Virus record (IMG/VR): IMGVR_UViG_3300044267_003392
DNA from: an uncultured virus (IMG/VR IMGVR_UViG_3300044267_003392)
Lineage: Duplodnaviria > Heunggongvirae > Uroviricota > Caudoviricetes
Length of the DNA stretch: 64,000 nt
Strand: one strand, 5' to 3'
A program made the translations under genes and the position numbers. Position 1 is the stretch's first letter; every line of letters begins with the position of its first letter. Below are positions 54,208 to 63,929 of this stretch, piece by piece. The notes under the pieces were generated by a model. It saw only the letters and a list, made by a program, of their open reading frames with translations, was not told where the DNA came from and ran no database searches.

Positions 54208-54442
54208 AATATGGTTTATGCTGATACTAATGTCAGCACCAAATTTACCTTCAGTAAAATATAACGGAATATTATATACAACTGAAGAAGAATGCTTAAA
54301 TGCACAGGTAGAATTTTTAAATTTGTATGAAGCTAGACCTCAAGTATACAAAGATTCAGTTACCGTTGATGCATTTTGTTTGCCTTTTGAAGCGTTTCCT
54401 ATACAAGGTATGAACTACGACAAGTCATCATTTAAGACATAA
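54200..54442 (+). CDS. Small protein with hydrophobic N-terminus and two Cys
   Basis: Start reassigned to GTG 54200 (MIKIWFMLILMS). TEEEC...AFC pattern. Confidence 0.6.
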   Translation: MIKIWFMLILMSAPNLPSVKYNGILYTTEEECLNAQVEFLNLYEARPQVYKDSVTVDAFCLPFEAFPIQGMNYDKSSFKT

Positions 54443-54462
54443 AATTTTCTTCTGGAGGAGAA

Positions 54463-55224
54463 ATGAAAAACAACATAATATTATTAGTATTACTAACTTT
54501 TATACTTAGTGTAAGCACTGTGTCATTTGCCAACGACACAAATTCACAGACAAATACTTCTGGTTCCAATACAAATATTACGGGTGGATACACGGCTACC
54601 ACAACAAACAATAACGACGGACAAACAAACACAACTACGTCAACAACAACGAATTCAACAACATCTAACGCATCAGATATACCACCACCATCTGCTAACT
54701 CACCATCTTACTCGTCCATGAGCCAAGATGTGTGCTCCATGGGTATTAGTGGATCTGTTTCTACTGGTGTTTTTGGTTTATCGGGGGGCAAACATGTGGT
54801 CGATGAAAACTGCGAGCGTATAAAATTAGCCAAGGTCCTTCAAGATTTCGGCATGAAGGTTGCAAGCGTGGCGGTGCTTTGTCAAGACAAACGTGTATTT
54901 GCAGCCATGGAAGCTGCAGGCACACCATGCCCATACTCAGGCCTCATAGGTCCACAGGCCGCGGAAATGTGGGAAAAATACCCTGAACTTAGACCTGATT
55001 ACGAAGAACATCTTGCTAAAGAACAAGTAGTCGCTAAAATAAATGCTGAAATTGCAGAAAAAGAAAGAATAGAGGCAGAGAGAATAGCTGCCGAAGAGGC
55101 AGAAGCAGCAAGAATAGAGGCAGAAAGAATTGAACAAGAACTACTTACATTAAAGGAAGAAAATGAAGTTAACGATATCGAGCCTGTTATTGACCCTGTG
55201 CCTGTTAACATGCACGGCGAATAG
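54463..55224 (+). CDS. Exported protein, Thr/Asn-rich linker plus four-Cys domain
   Basis: Sec signal ending SFA, GGAGG RBS. PPPSANSPS..QDVC...DENCERIKL...LCQD.RVF.AM..AGTPCP. Confidence 0.75.
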   Translation: MKNNIILLVLLTFILSVSTVSFANDTNSQTNTSGSNTNITGGYTATTTNNNDGQTNTTTSTTTNSTTSNASDIPPPSANSPSYSSMSQDVCSMGISGSVSTGVFGLSGGKHVVDENCERIKLAKVLQDFGMKVASVAVLCQDKRVFAAMEAAGTPCPYSGLIGPQAAEMWEKYPELRPDYEEHLAKEQVVAKINAEIAEKERIEAERIAAEEAEAARIEAERIEQELLTLKEENEVNDIEPVIDPVPVNMHGE

Positions 55225-56920
55225 TGTAGAAGTAACTACAGGAAATTTATTACCAAACGCAAATGATGGTGTAGACTGGGGATCCAGTAGCACAGATCAA
55301 ATACATTCTGGATCTAGTTCCGGTTACGTTACCAACGGCAGCACTGTAGGTGGATTTGATATTACTTGTACTAATCAATCTAACTGTGGATATAAATACA
55401 GCGTAGGTGGTGATTTTGAAGTAACAGGTGATACTACAGTATCTGTTGAAGATGTAGGATTAACAACAAACTCCATAACACAACAAATGTTAGATAATGG
55501 TGTAACATTAAATAGTCACATTGACGTTGCAAACTGCGAAAGCACAGAAGGTAATTGTGAATCTAAAGGCGGTGCAAATGACACACATACAACCACAATA
55601 GTATTAAAAGATTCAAGTGGTAATGTACTAAGTACAACAACACAGACAAGAAACGAAGTTACAGGATTCCAAGGTAATTGTAATGGTTATCCGGGCTCAA
55701 GTGCCGCTGGCATATCGTCAGCATGTGGGCAGTACACTGACACAGTTACACACAACGATGTGGGTGCAAACAAGTTTGATTGGTCATGGCGTGGTGTTGA
55801 CAGTAATTATACTAATCAATCTAGACAAGGACCAAACTTACTTGGTGCAAAGGTTACAATGACCTACAACAACACCGAGTACAATCCAATAGACGATGAC
55901 GCAGCTGATGCAATAGATGACATAGAAGAAAATATACCTGACATACCAGAAGATATATTTGAAGAACCAGATTTTACATTTGAAGAAGAATATTTTACGT
56001 GGGAAGATGATTTTTATTTTGAGGATGATTTTTTTGAAGAAGATTTTACCGTGTATGAAATGCCAGAAGAATTTCAAATTATAGAGATGCCAGAAGAATT
56101 TGAAGAAATGGCCATGGAAATGCCAGAAGAAATGCCTGACATGGAAATGCCTGCAGACATGGAAGACGCATTTACAATCATATCAGAAGAAATGCCAGAA
56201 ATGGAGATGACAGAAGAACCTACTGAAATGGAGATGGAAGAAGAATTTGTGGAAATGGAAATGGAGGAAGATAAACCAAACATGGAAGAAGTCAAGGAAG
56301 AACCTGCAGAAATGGACATGGCAGAAGAAGAAACTGTTGACATGGAGATGAAAACAGAGGAAGATACCATGGAAATGCCTGAAGAAGAGGCAGAAGAAAT
56401 GGAGGTAGCTGAAAATGAAGATACCATGGAAGACCCCAAAGAGGATGAAGAATCTAGCGAAGGTTCTGAAGAAACACTGGAAGAAGAGTCGGGATCGGAA
56501 GAAAGCGTTTCAGAGACTGCTTCGAATGAAGAAAAGACAGTGGGAGACACAGATGTTGCTGACAAAGGAGGAATCAAGACTAAGAATATCGAAGTCAGCA
56601 AGAATATAAAGATTAAAGACGTGGATGTCGGTGAAATAAAAATAACCGTCAACCCAAAAGATATATTTAAGGAGGTCGTTAGCCTAGATTCATACGAAAG
56701 TAAGGATTTTTACAAGGATAAGGGCCTCCAATACAAAGTAAATGACGATTTCTTTGACCAAGCAAGCATGATTCAATACAACAAAGAAATATACACAAAT
56801 GTTACTTTAATAGCCTACATACAGACAGATCCGGTGACTGTGTACAAACAGGAGCTGGAAGAATTGGCTATACAAAAAGCTGGAATTATGATAGAATTAA
56901 AGCTCTTGAGAGGAGAATAG
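55163..56920 (+). CDS. Exported protein with Cys-paired beta domain and long Glu/Met-rich acidic region
   Basis: Signal peptide ending ANS. EMPEE-type repeats. C-terminal coiled coil. Confidence 0.75.
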   Translation: MKLTISSLLLTLCLLTCTANSVEVTTGNLLPNANDGVDWGSSSTDQIHSGSSSGYVTNGSTVGGFDITCTNQSNCGYKYSVGGDFEVTGDTTVSVEDVGLTTNSITQQMLDNGVTLNSHIDVANCESTEGNCESKGGANDTHTTTIVLKDSSGNVLSTTTQTRNEVTGFQGNCNGYPGSSAAGISSACGQYTDTVTHNDVGANKFDWSWRGVDSNYTNQSRQGPNLLGAKVTMTYNNTEYNPIDDDAADAIDDIEENIPDIPEDIFEEPDFTFEEEYFTWEDDFYFEDDFFEEDFTVYEMPEEFQIIEMPEEFEEMAMEMPEEMPDMEMPADMEDAFTIISEEMPEMEMTEEPTEMEMEEEFVEMEMEEDKPNMEEVKEEPAEMDMAEEETVDMEMKTEEDTMEMPEEEAEEMEVAENEDTMEDPKEDEESSEGSEETLEEESGSEESVSETASNEEKTVGDTDVADKGGIKTKNIEVSKNIKIKDVDVGEIKITVNPKDIFKEVVSLDSYESKDFYKDKGLQYKVNDDFFDQASMIQYNKEIYTNVTLIAYIQTDPVTVYKQELEELAIQKAGIMIELKLLRGE

Positions 56921-56921
56921 A

Positions 56922-57446
56922 ATGAAAATTATAGAGAAATTAAGCACATATGCCGCATTAATTGGCGTTATAGGGGCCATAGGCGGAGGTTTTTACACCT
57001 GGGGCCAGTTTAATACACGTCTTGATGCAATAGAAGCAACACCAGCTGTTGATGTGGGCGCAATAAATAAAAAAATAAATCAAAATAAAATAGAACTTAT
57101 AGATCGTATTGATGCAGTAGAGGATAGTATTCCTGAAACACAAGACATGACATGGGTTTTAAAAGAATTTGTAGCTGTAAGAGAAGAGATGCCAGAACAA
57201 GTTGATCTAACATCTGTATTTAAAGAAATTGGTAAAGTTAGAGAGCAAATAGCCATGCTACCTGAACCTGCTGATTTGCAACCTATTCTAAACAAACTTC
57301 AAATGTTAGAAGAGTATGGTTGGGAAATAGAAGAAGATCTTGAAGAACTTTCTAAACAAACTGCAATTGTATCAAAAGAAAACGAATTACAAGACATACA
57401 AATTAAAGAAATAAAAAAGAAGGCTGACAATCCTTTAGCTAAGTAA
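56922..57446 (+). CDS. Membrane-anchored coiled-coil protein
   Basis: TM AALIGVIGAIGGGFYTWG, heptads, C-terminal NPLAK. Confidence 0.7.
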   Translation: MKIIEKLSTYAALIGVIGAIGGGFYTWGQFNTRLDAIEATPAVDVGAINKKINQNKIELIDRIDAVEDSIPETQDMTWVLKEFVAVREEMPEQVDLTSVFKEIGKVREQIAMLPEPADLQPILNKLQMLEEYGWEIEEDLEELSKQTAIVSKENELQDIQIKEIKKKADNPLAK

Positions 57447-57838
57447 TGAAGGTATCTGATAACACAGCGATCAGTATGCCTATGAGAAATCTTCTCAGCA
57501 TACTCGCGGCCGTTGGGATTGGAGTGTATAGTTATTTTGGGATTATTGAACGCCTGAATAATATTGAAACAAATGGCAAACTAATGATTGCTGATGTTGA
57601 TAAAAATACAGAATTTAGAATTAAATGGCCTCGTGGTGAAATGGGCAATTTGCCCGCGGATAGTCAACAAGATATGCTTATAGAATTTATGGCAGCTCAA
57701 ATTGAGGCTATGCAAGAAGAAATGGAAGGTATGATGTCAAATACCGTAAACATAAAAAGAGCTCAGCAAGACATAGAAAAATTAATTATAGATACAGAAA
57801 AACTTGAGGACAAAGTAAGGCAAAATGGAAGTCATTAG
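57446..57838 (+). CDS. Membrane-anchored coiled-coil protein
   Basis: MPMRNLLSILAAVGIGVYSYFG, FRIKWPRG, ends DKVRQNG. Confidence 0.7.
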   Translation: MKVSDNTAISMPMRNLLSILAAVGIGVYSYFGIIERLNNIETNGKLMIADVDKNTEFRIKWPRGEMGNLPADSQQDMLIEFMAAQIEAMQEEMEGMMSNTVNIKRAQQDIEKLIIDTEKLEDKVRQNGSH

Positions 57839-58130
57839 CGTAATACTCATGTTTGTTTTTGGTAACATGAATGATCAAAATACTCAAATGACACAATACA
57901 TTCCTATGAAATCATTATCTTCTTGTATGAAAGAAGTAAGACTAATGAAGAAGAAAAATACAGGTTATGATAAGGATGCTTTTTGTGGACCTGGTATTGT
58001 ACACATAGAAGACGGTGAAGTAATTGCATTATACAATGAAGTGCCAGCTGGTGCCAAAATGGTTAAAAAAGAAATAGATGCAGCAGCATTTGAAAGATGG
58101 TCTCTACGCGCTAAAGCAAAGTGGGACTAA
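57825..58130 (+). CDS. Small protein with hydrophobic N-terminus and two Cys
   Basis: 101 aa, SLSSCMK...AFC, similar in layout to 54200..54442. Confidence 0.65.
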   Translation: MEVISVILMFVFGNMNDQNTQMTQYIPMKSLSSCMKEVRLMKKKNTGYDKDAFCGPGIVHIEDGEVIALYNEVPAGAKMVKKEIDAAAFERWSLRAKAKWD

Positions 58131-58202
58131 AGAATAAAGAAATAATATATAAGACCTAAAATTATACTAACGTCCAAAGATAAAGACCATGCAATATAAA
58201 GT

Positions 58203-58625
58203 CTAAACAGCCACTTTATTATTATTTTCTTTGGCATAAAATTTTACTTTTTTTAACATACTGTGCACACCATTGTTTCTTCCTGGTGTTAACAATGAAT
58301 CAAGATTCATTTTCTCAAACTCTTTTTGATTAAAATCATTAATATCCTGGGCCCTAGATCCACTGTACACGTCCGCAATAATACAGACCATGCCTTTGCT
58401 AATCAATGCAGCTGAGTCAGCACTAAAATATATTTTATCGTCAACAAAATGTGGTACTAACCATGTCTGTGATTGACATCCAGGAATCTCAAATGATTTA
58501 ACTTTATGATCTTTATTCATGTCTCTAGAATTTTTTCCAAAATCCATAATCCATAAAAATTTATCTTGATCTGAATCTATATTATTTAGTACTTGCAGAT
58601 ATCTTTCTAATTTTCTTTTTATCAT
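58203..58625 (-). CDS. sufE: SufE/CsdE-family sulfur acceptor
   Basis: IPGCQSQTWL (catalytic Cys), ADSAALISKG, LTPGRNNG. Confidence 0.9.
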   Translation of the reverse strand: MIKRKLERYLQVLNNIDSDQDKFLWIMDFGKNSRDMNKDHKVKSFEIPGCQSQTWLVPHFVDDKIYFSADSAALISKGMVCIIADVYSGSRAQDINDFNQKEFEKMNLDSLLTPGRNNGVHSMLKKVKFYAKENNNKVAV

Positions 58626-58729
58626 TCTTAACTTCTTTCATCCAACTTTCTTTAGGTCCATAATAATATGCTGTTGTTTCTTCGTACGGATATACTTTTC
58701 TTTTTTCTTTGTATGTTTGTAAAATATAT

Positions 58730-59050
58730 TTAGGCATTGCATTCCGGTAACATTTTTATACATGAAACAATATTTATTTTATCAACAACAGGTTCTTCGT
58801 ATTCAATTGGAGGTAAATCTGTAATTTTAATTTCATCATTATTCTTTTTTATGAACGAACAACCAGAAACAAGCAAAACAAAGATAAAAAAGTAAAAAAC
58901 AATAAAAATTGACCATAGAATCACCCGGGTCATTAGTTTAAACCCTGCTAGCGGTGCCTTTACGGCCTCTTTTATTTGGCGGAAACCCTTGGTTTTTTTG
59001 TCATAGCCCCAAACGGCCATTTCCTCATTTTTTCGCCAATGATTTGTCAT
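58730..59050 (-). CDS. Putative lipoprotein (true start may be ATG 58933)
   Basis: MTRVILWSIFIVFYFFIFVLLVSG-C lipobox-like signal. Confidence 0.5.
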   Translation of the reverse strand: MTNHWRKNEEMAVWGYDKKTKGFRQIKEAVKAPLAGFKLMTRVILWSIFIVFYFFIFVLLVSGCSFIKKNNDEIKITDLPPIEYEEPVVDKINIVSCIKMLPECNA

Positions 59051-59222
59051 CTGTCAACTCCATTTGATCTATTGTCCAATTGCACTGTTGTATTGCACCT
59101 TGTATTTGTCCAACACTTGACTCCATGTTTCTAATTGCTTCTTTACCTTGATTAATTTTATCAATAAGATCTTTTCCTTGTTTTTCTAATTCTTTTTTTC
59201 TCTCTAATATTTTTTCTTTCAT
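59025..59222 (-). CDS. Small coiled-coil protein
   Basis: Start reassigned to MKEKILE (GGAG RBS). IQGAIQQC motif. Confidence 0.6.
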   Translation of the reverse strand: MKEKILERKKELEKQGKDLIDKINQGKEAIRNMESSVGQIQGAIQQCNWTIDQMELTDDKSLAKK

Positions 59223-59223
59223 T

Positions 59224-60294
59224 CTATACTCCACATAATCCTTCACACTCATCGGCAAATTCCTCATCGAATGTTTCGCCAAATAATGAAGCTTGTTTTT
59301 TTGGTTCCAAGAAATCTATATCGCGAAGTGGTTTTGCTGATTTGTGCAAAAACAATTCTGATGTTGTATTCTTTAAACCATGTCTAATCTTATCATCAAC
59401 TTCACATGCATCTGCAAAATCTTCCGGATAATTCTTTTGCATGTTTTTCCATTGGTCGTTATGATGATAAGGGCACCCTATGCACGATGATTTACCTGGC
59501 ATAGGGTGTTTTTTAATATCACGATACCACTGAAGACAATCCATACGAGACATCTTCATTTCTATTAAAGGCCAACGTGATGTTAACCATGGTAGCCTAG
59601 CGTTTTTCATACGCATAGCCTCGTCGGTAGATATACCAATCCACTGTTCAACCAACATGCCTTTCTTAACACGGTGTCGTGGTTTAATACCTAACAACTC
59701 TCTAATCTTTTTTTGAATAGGAATAACTTTATAATCATGTGTACACTGACGATAAAGCATTCCTACTCTTCCACCAGGACGAGCAGCAAACAACGGTGGG
59801 TTTGGTACACGTCCAGCAAACGATTTTTCCTCTTCTCTAGACCCTGGTTCTGGGTTCGCTGCTTTGATAAGATCCTCGCGGATGTTACCTCTTTCCACAG
59901 TGATCAGCGGACAAATTGTTATTGCTTTCTTTAAATATTCTACATGTTCATACACAAACTTAGGTTCCCACCCAGTGTCTGCAAATATCATGTAGTCTGG
60001 TTTATGTTTTGTTAATCCTTCTTGCGCCATGAGTGCCAAACAGGAAGACTGTACCCCTGCCCCGAGTGATAATATGCGCATCGTCGGTTCGCGTTTGTTT
60101 CCTTCTTCGTCAAAGTACTCTGGTTCTTTTGTCGCCGCAACTGCTGCCATATTGTTGAGCTTTTTACGATCAATTTTCGTAGACATTTGTTCAAGTACTT
60201 TTCTTCTTTCAAATTCCATCTGCTCCGGATTAATAGCAAAGCTATTCTTTTTATTCTCTAATCTTTTTTTCCTTGTTTCTTTATTTATGCTCAC
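59224..60294 (-). CDS. PAPS-reductase-like (PP-loop/AANH) protein with Cys clusters
   Basis: ILSLGAGVQSS (PP-loop variant), IFADTGWE, QCT.DYK, IGISTDE..R, KSSCIGCPYH, C-terminal CEGLC. Confidence 0.8.
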   Translation of the reverse strand: MSINKETRKKRLENKKNSFAINPEQMEFERRKVLEQMSTKIDRKKLNNMAAVAATKEPEYFDEEGNKREPTMRILSLGAGVQSSCLALMAQEGLTKHKPDYMIFADTGWEPKFVYEHVEYLKKAITICPLITVERGNIREDLIKAANPEPGSREEEKSFAGRVPNPPLFAARPGGRVGMLYRQCTHDYKVIPIQKKIRELLGIKPRHRVKKGMLVEQWIGISTDEAMRMKNARLPWLTSRWPLIEMKMSRMDCLQWYRDIKKHPMPGKSSCIGCPYHHNDQWKNMQKNYPEDFADACEVDDKIRHGLKNTTSELFLHKSAKPLRDIDFLEPKKQASLFGETFDEEFADECEGLCGV

Positions 60295-62156
60295 TTGGCA
60301 TCTCCCCAGTTATCCTTAATTTTGTAATCAACATTAGAAGGCACTTTTAAATCTATACATGTTTCCATCATATCTTTTATTTCTTTTGCCTCTTTATCAG
60401 ATTTTACACTACAATTCAACTCATCATGAACCTGTATAAGCGGTATTATACCCAATTGTTCGTATATATCAACCATGGCTTTTTTAGTTTGATCAGCAGC
60501 TGTGCCCTGTATTAACCTATTCAATGCCTTATATGTGCCAGCTCTTTTTATAGAACCACCCCATTTTGTTGTTGCTTCATTGTGTGGTAATGCTTTATGA
60601 AATACACCAGCTTCGTACCAAGAGGGCTCCCATAGATCAAATTTACATCTACGTCCTAAATATGTTCTTACAGATCCTATTTGGTTTGCACGATTCATTA
60701 CAGCCTCTAACATACCCTGCATAAACGGAACTTTTTCTCTAAACTCTTTTAACATTTCTTTTGCCTCCATAGGAGCTATATCTAGGTCCACAGCCATCTT
60801 TTTATACCCCATGCCATACATTACCCCTAAACCTATTGTTTTAGCTAGTCTACGATCAATTCCTGCCATCTCTGCTGTTTGTTTATGAAAGTCTAATCCT
60901 TTTACAAATGCTTGTTGCACTTCTTCTGCGCCTGCATTTTTATTTAATATGGCAAAATGTGTCAATATTCTAGGTTCTTGTTGTGAATAGTCAGCAGACA
61001 ACCAATACTCTCCTTGCTCTGGTATAAATATTTTACGTAACTCTGATCCATATTCATTTCTTATAGGCATCTGTTGTAAATTAGGAGCGTACATAGAAAA
61101 CCTACCTGTCACTGTGCCACCATTATCGCCACGTATCTGGTTTATATGTGCATGTAATCTACCATTGTGTACATATTTAGCTACACCATCAACAAATGTT
61201 CCTTGTAGTTTGTTTAACACACGTGCCTTTGTTATCATGCGTGGTAATTCATGTGCATGTGTTTCAAGAAATGTTTGTGTAAAACTAGGAGCTCCAAGTG
61301 CTGTTCTAGGATATTCTAAATTAACACTATCAAATGCCTGGGCCACAGACCGTGCTGCATTGATTTGTACATCTTGACCTACTAAATCTTTTATTCTTTT
61401 TAAGTATTGTTTTTCTTTGTTAAGTAATTTCTTTTTAAGACCAAATGCTTTCTCCATGTCTACGCGTACACCACGTTTAGTCATGTTAAATATAACACGT
61501 ATTAATCTGCATTCTACATCATATACTTTTGTTAAATCTTCTTTTTCTATTTCAGTAATAAATCTTTCGTGTAAACGCCATGTCAATTTAGCGTCTGCTT
61601 CTGCATACTCCCCAACAAATGATGCGTGCATTTTATACATATCAGCTTTAGGGTCTAACCCCAATTCTTCTGCTTTCGCTTTTAATAATGATTCATTTTT
61701 AAACTCACCTAAATACTCTGCTACCATGCTATTTAATGTAAAAGAATATCTATTCTCATTTAATAATGCAGCAGCTATCATAGTGTCATGTATGTAACCT
61801 TTTACCTCTATACCTAAAGTAGATAACCATCCAATGTCATACTGTGCATTGTGAAATACTTTTTGTATAGACTCATCTTCACACACTTCTTTAATATACT
61901 CTACGATAATTGATTTATCCATGTTACCACCACCTTCGTGCGCTATAGGATAATAAGCAGTAAAGTCACCACTGGATATAGCAATACCTATAACAGATCC
62001 AATTTTTCTAGGCCAACCAGGACCCATCTTTTTTAACTCTGTATCACACGTTTCCAAGTCAATTGCTACCACGTCTTTACCCTTCATTGAAGGTGTTTCT
62101 GTGGGATGCAACCACTCTGCTTTTACTTCGTCTTTTCTAAAAAGATCCTGATTCAT
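60291..62156 (-). CDS. polA: DNA polymerase family A with 3'-5' exonuclease domain
   Basis: ExoI AIDLET, HNAQYD, YAEADA; TGRFS...PNLQQ; motif A DYSQQEPR; motif B RRLAKTIGLGVMYG; motif C QVHDEL. Confidence 0.95.
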   Translation of the reverse strand: MNQDLFRKDEVKAEWLHPTETPSMKGKDVVAIDLETCDTELKKMGPGWPRKIGSVIGIAISSGDFTAYYPIAHEGGGNMDKSIIVEYIKEVCEDESIQKVFHNAQYDIGWLSTLGIEVKGYIHDTMIAAALLNENRYSFTLNSMVAEYLGEFKNESLLKAKAEELGLDPKADMYKMHASFVGEYAEADAKLTWRLHERFITEIEKEDLTKVYDVECRLIRVIFNMTKRGVRVDMEKAFGLKKKLLNKEKQYLKRIKDLVGQDVQINAARSVAQAFDSVNLEYPRTALGAPSFTQTFLETHAHELPRMITKARVLNKLQGTFVDGVAKYVHNGRLHAHINQIRGDNGGTVTGRFSMYAPNLQQMPIRNEYGSELRKIFIPEQGEYWLSADYSQQEPRILTHFAILNKNAGAEEVQQAFVKGLDFHKQTAEMAGIDRRLAKTIGLGVMYGMGYKKMAVDLDIAPMEAKEMLKEFREKVPFMQGMLEAVMNRANQIGSVRTYLGRRCKFDLWEPSWYEAGVFHKALPHNEATTKWGGSIKRAGTYKALNRLIQGTAADQTKKAMVDIYEQLGIIPLIQVHDELNCSVKSDKEAKEIKDMMETCIDLKVPSNVDYKIKDNWGDAK

Positions 62157-62433
62157 TAATTTCTCCTGCTATTGCTGCATAACCACACATGTCAATGAAG
62201 TTATCCAAATTGTTTTTCGTTCCTTGCGTGTGTCTAGATATTTTTAATAGCACCATCATTAAAGCTACATCTTCAGCTGTGATACTAGCCATTGGTTGTA
62301 ATTTTTTGTCTAGAAATATATTCCAAAACTCTGCAATCTCTGCATGATTTTTAAATGCATCTCCATGTGTTTTGTTCCTGTCACCAGCGACAAGATCTTT
62401 TGCCTTCTTTAATATTTCTTCTTTGTTTATCAT
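62137..62433 (-). CDS. DUF6378-like nucleotide-metabolism-associated helical protein
   Basis: GDR...HGD...N...IA..W...VALMM.LLK.SR...DN.ID..GYAA. Confidence 0.7.
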   Translation of the reverse strand: MINKEEILKKAKDLVAGDRNKTHGDAFKNHAEIAEFWNIFLDKKLQPMASITAEDVALMMVLLKISRHTQGTKNNLDNFIDMCGYAAIAGEINESGSF

Positions 62434-63929
62434 ATGAAATATCCTCTCTCTGTTTGGGGGTTTATAATATGCAGTGATTTTTTCGCACGAGTTGCGCCTA
62501 CATAAAAAACTCTATCTGTATCATCTGGATTAACTTCCATTTCATTTTGATTTGCACGAGACAAATCTGTTAATAACATAACATTATCACATTCTCCACC
62601 TTTTGCCATGTGTATTGTACTTAAATTTATTTTTGGATCTACACCTAATCCTCCATGTTTTTCTAATGACATCACATACGATTTATCTTTTTCTCCTATT
62701 GTAGTAAAAGCCACATCCCAAGGCACACCAGCATTTATTAATCCATGGTGCATTGTCAATGATTCTAAATCATACATTTGCCCTTCTTCTAATGTTTTTA
62801 AAGTTTTGTAACCTCTTTTTATATTAAAACCTGTTTTTAGATTTGCATAAATAGCCGCAACGTCATTGTAATTTAATTGTTCAAATTGATTTAATCTTTT
62901 CCAAGCACTAATAGCTTTTAACAAATCTTGTTTAATTGGTGTCTTGCCATAAATTGTATAAGGCAATCCTAAGTGGCGTAAATCTTCTTCAATATCATTT
63001 AGCATGTAGCTGCATGTTGCAAGTGCTAACCAATTACCTTCAGAAACATCAACAGCACCAGGATATGCATGGTATCTAACTTCTCCTTTATATGCTCTTG
63101 GTGCCCACTCTTTAGGTCTTCTGTTTTTAATTCTTGACACAACTTGTGTTGCTATTAAATGCACATCAAGAGGAACTCTATATGATTGATTTAAAACACT
63201 TATATTGCCATCCATCTTAATTAAATGCTCAATGTCAGCACCAGCCCATCTAAATATTGCCTGGTCATCATCGCCACTTATGTACACTCTTTTAGAATTA
63301 GCCCATATCTTTTCACACATTCTCCATTGTAACTTTGTCAAATCTTGTGCTTCATCTACAATAACAACATCAAGAGGTGGTGTGTGTCCAAACTGTGTAA
63401 ACTGTGTCAACATATCTGTAAAATCAAATTTGTTATTTGTTTGTTTATAATCTTCAAAAGAACGATAAGCCCACAACAATTCTTCCCAAGCATAATCTAA
63501 ATTAGCTGCGTTATAAAAATCTTGTAATTCTAAATCTTGCATCTTTGACTTATTTATATCTCTTAAATATTTATTGTCGGTAGACACAACGCCATTCTCT
63601 TCCCAATCAGTTGTAACTCTTTTTAAATCTACACCATACTTATCAGAAAATTCTAAATAATCTTTATTGTCCATAATTTCTGATTTTGTAAATCCCATCT
63701 GCCTTTTACCAAATGCATGCAGCGTACAAAAATAAGGAAAATCTTTGTCTGTTAAATTAAATTTTACCTTTGCTCTATCACGTGCTTCATTTGTTGCTTT
63801 TGTTGTAAAACTTACAAATGCAATTCTATCAGGTGGTGTACCACTTTTAAGTTCCTGGTCCACGATCCGCAGTAAGTTTTCAGTTTTACCTGTGCCAGGT
63901 GGTCCTAATATTATATTAACGTCCGGCAA
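62430..63929 (-). CDS. UvrD/Rep-family (SF1) helicase
   Basis: GPPGTGKT, SFT, TLH, DEAQD, GDDDQAIF, QSYR, STIH.AKG.E, YVG.TRAK. TTG at 63929 follows GGAGG; ORF track start is 63944. Confidence 0.9.
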   Translation of the reverse strand: MPDVNIILGPPGTGKTENLLRIVDQELKSGTPPDRIAFVSFTTKATNEARDRAKVKFNLTDKDFPYFCTLHAFGKRQMGFTKSEIMDNKDYLEFSDKYGVDLKRVTTDWEENGVVSTDNKYLRDINKSKMQDLELQDFYNAANLDYAWEELLWAYRSFEDYKQTNNKFDFTDMLTQFTQFGHTPPLDVVIVDEAQDLTKLQWRMCEKIWANSKRVYISGDDDQAIFRWAGADIEHLIKMDGNISVLNQSYRVPLDVHLIATQVVSRIKNRRPKEWAPRAYKGEVRYHAYPGAVDVSEGNWLALATCSYMLNDIEEDLRHLGLPYTIYGKTPIKQDLLKAISAWKRLNQFEQLNYNDVAAIYANLKTGFNIKRGYKTLKTLEEGQMYDLESLTMHHGLINAGVPWDVAFTTIGEKDKSYVMSLEKHGGLGVDPKINLSTIHMAKGGECDNVMLLTDLSRANQNEMEVNPDDTDRVFYVGATRAKKSLHIINPQTERGYFI

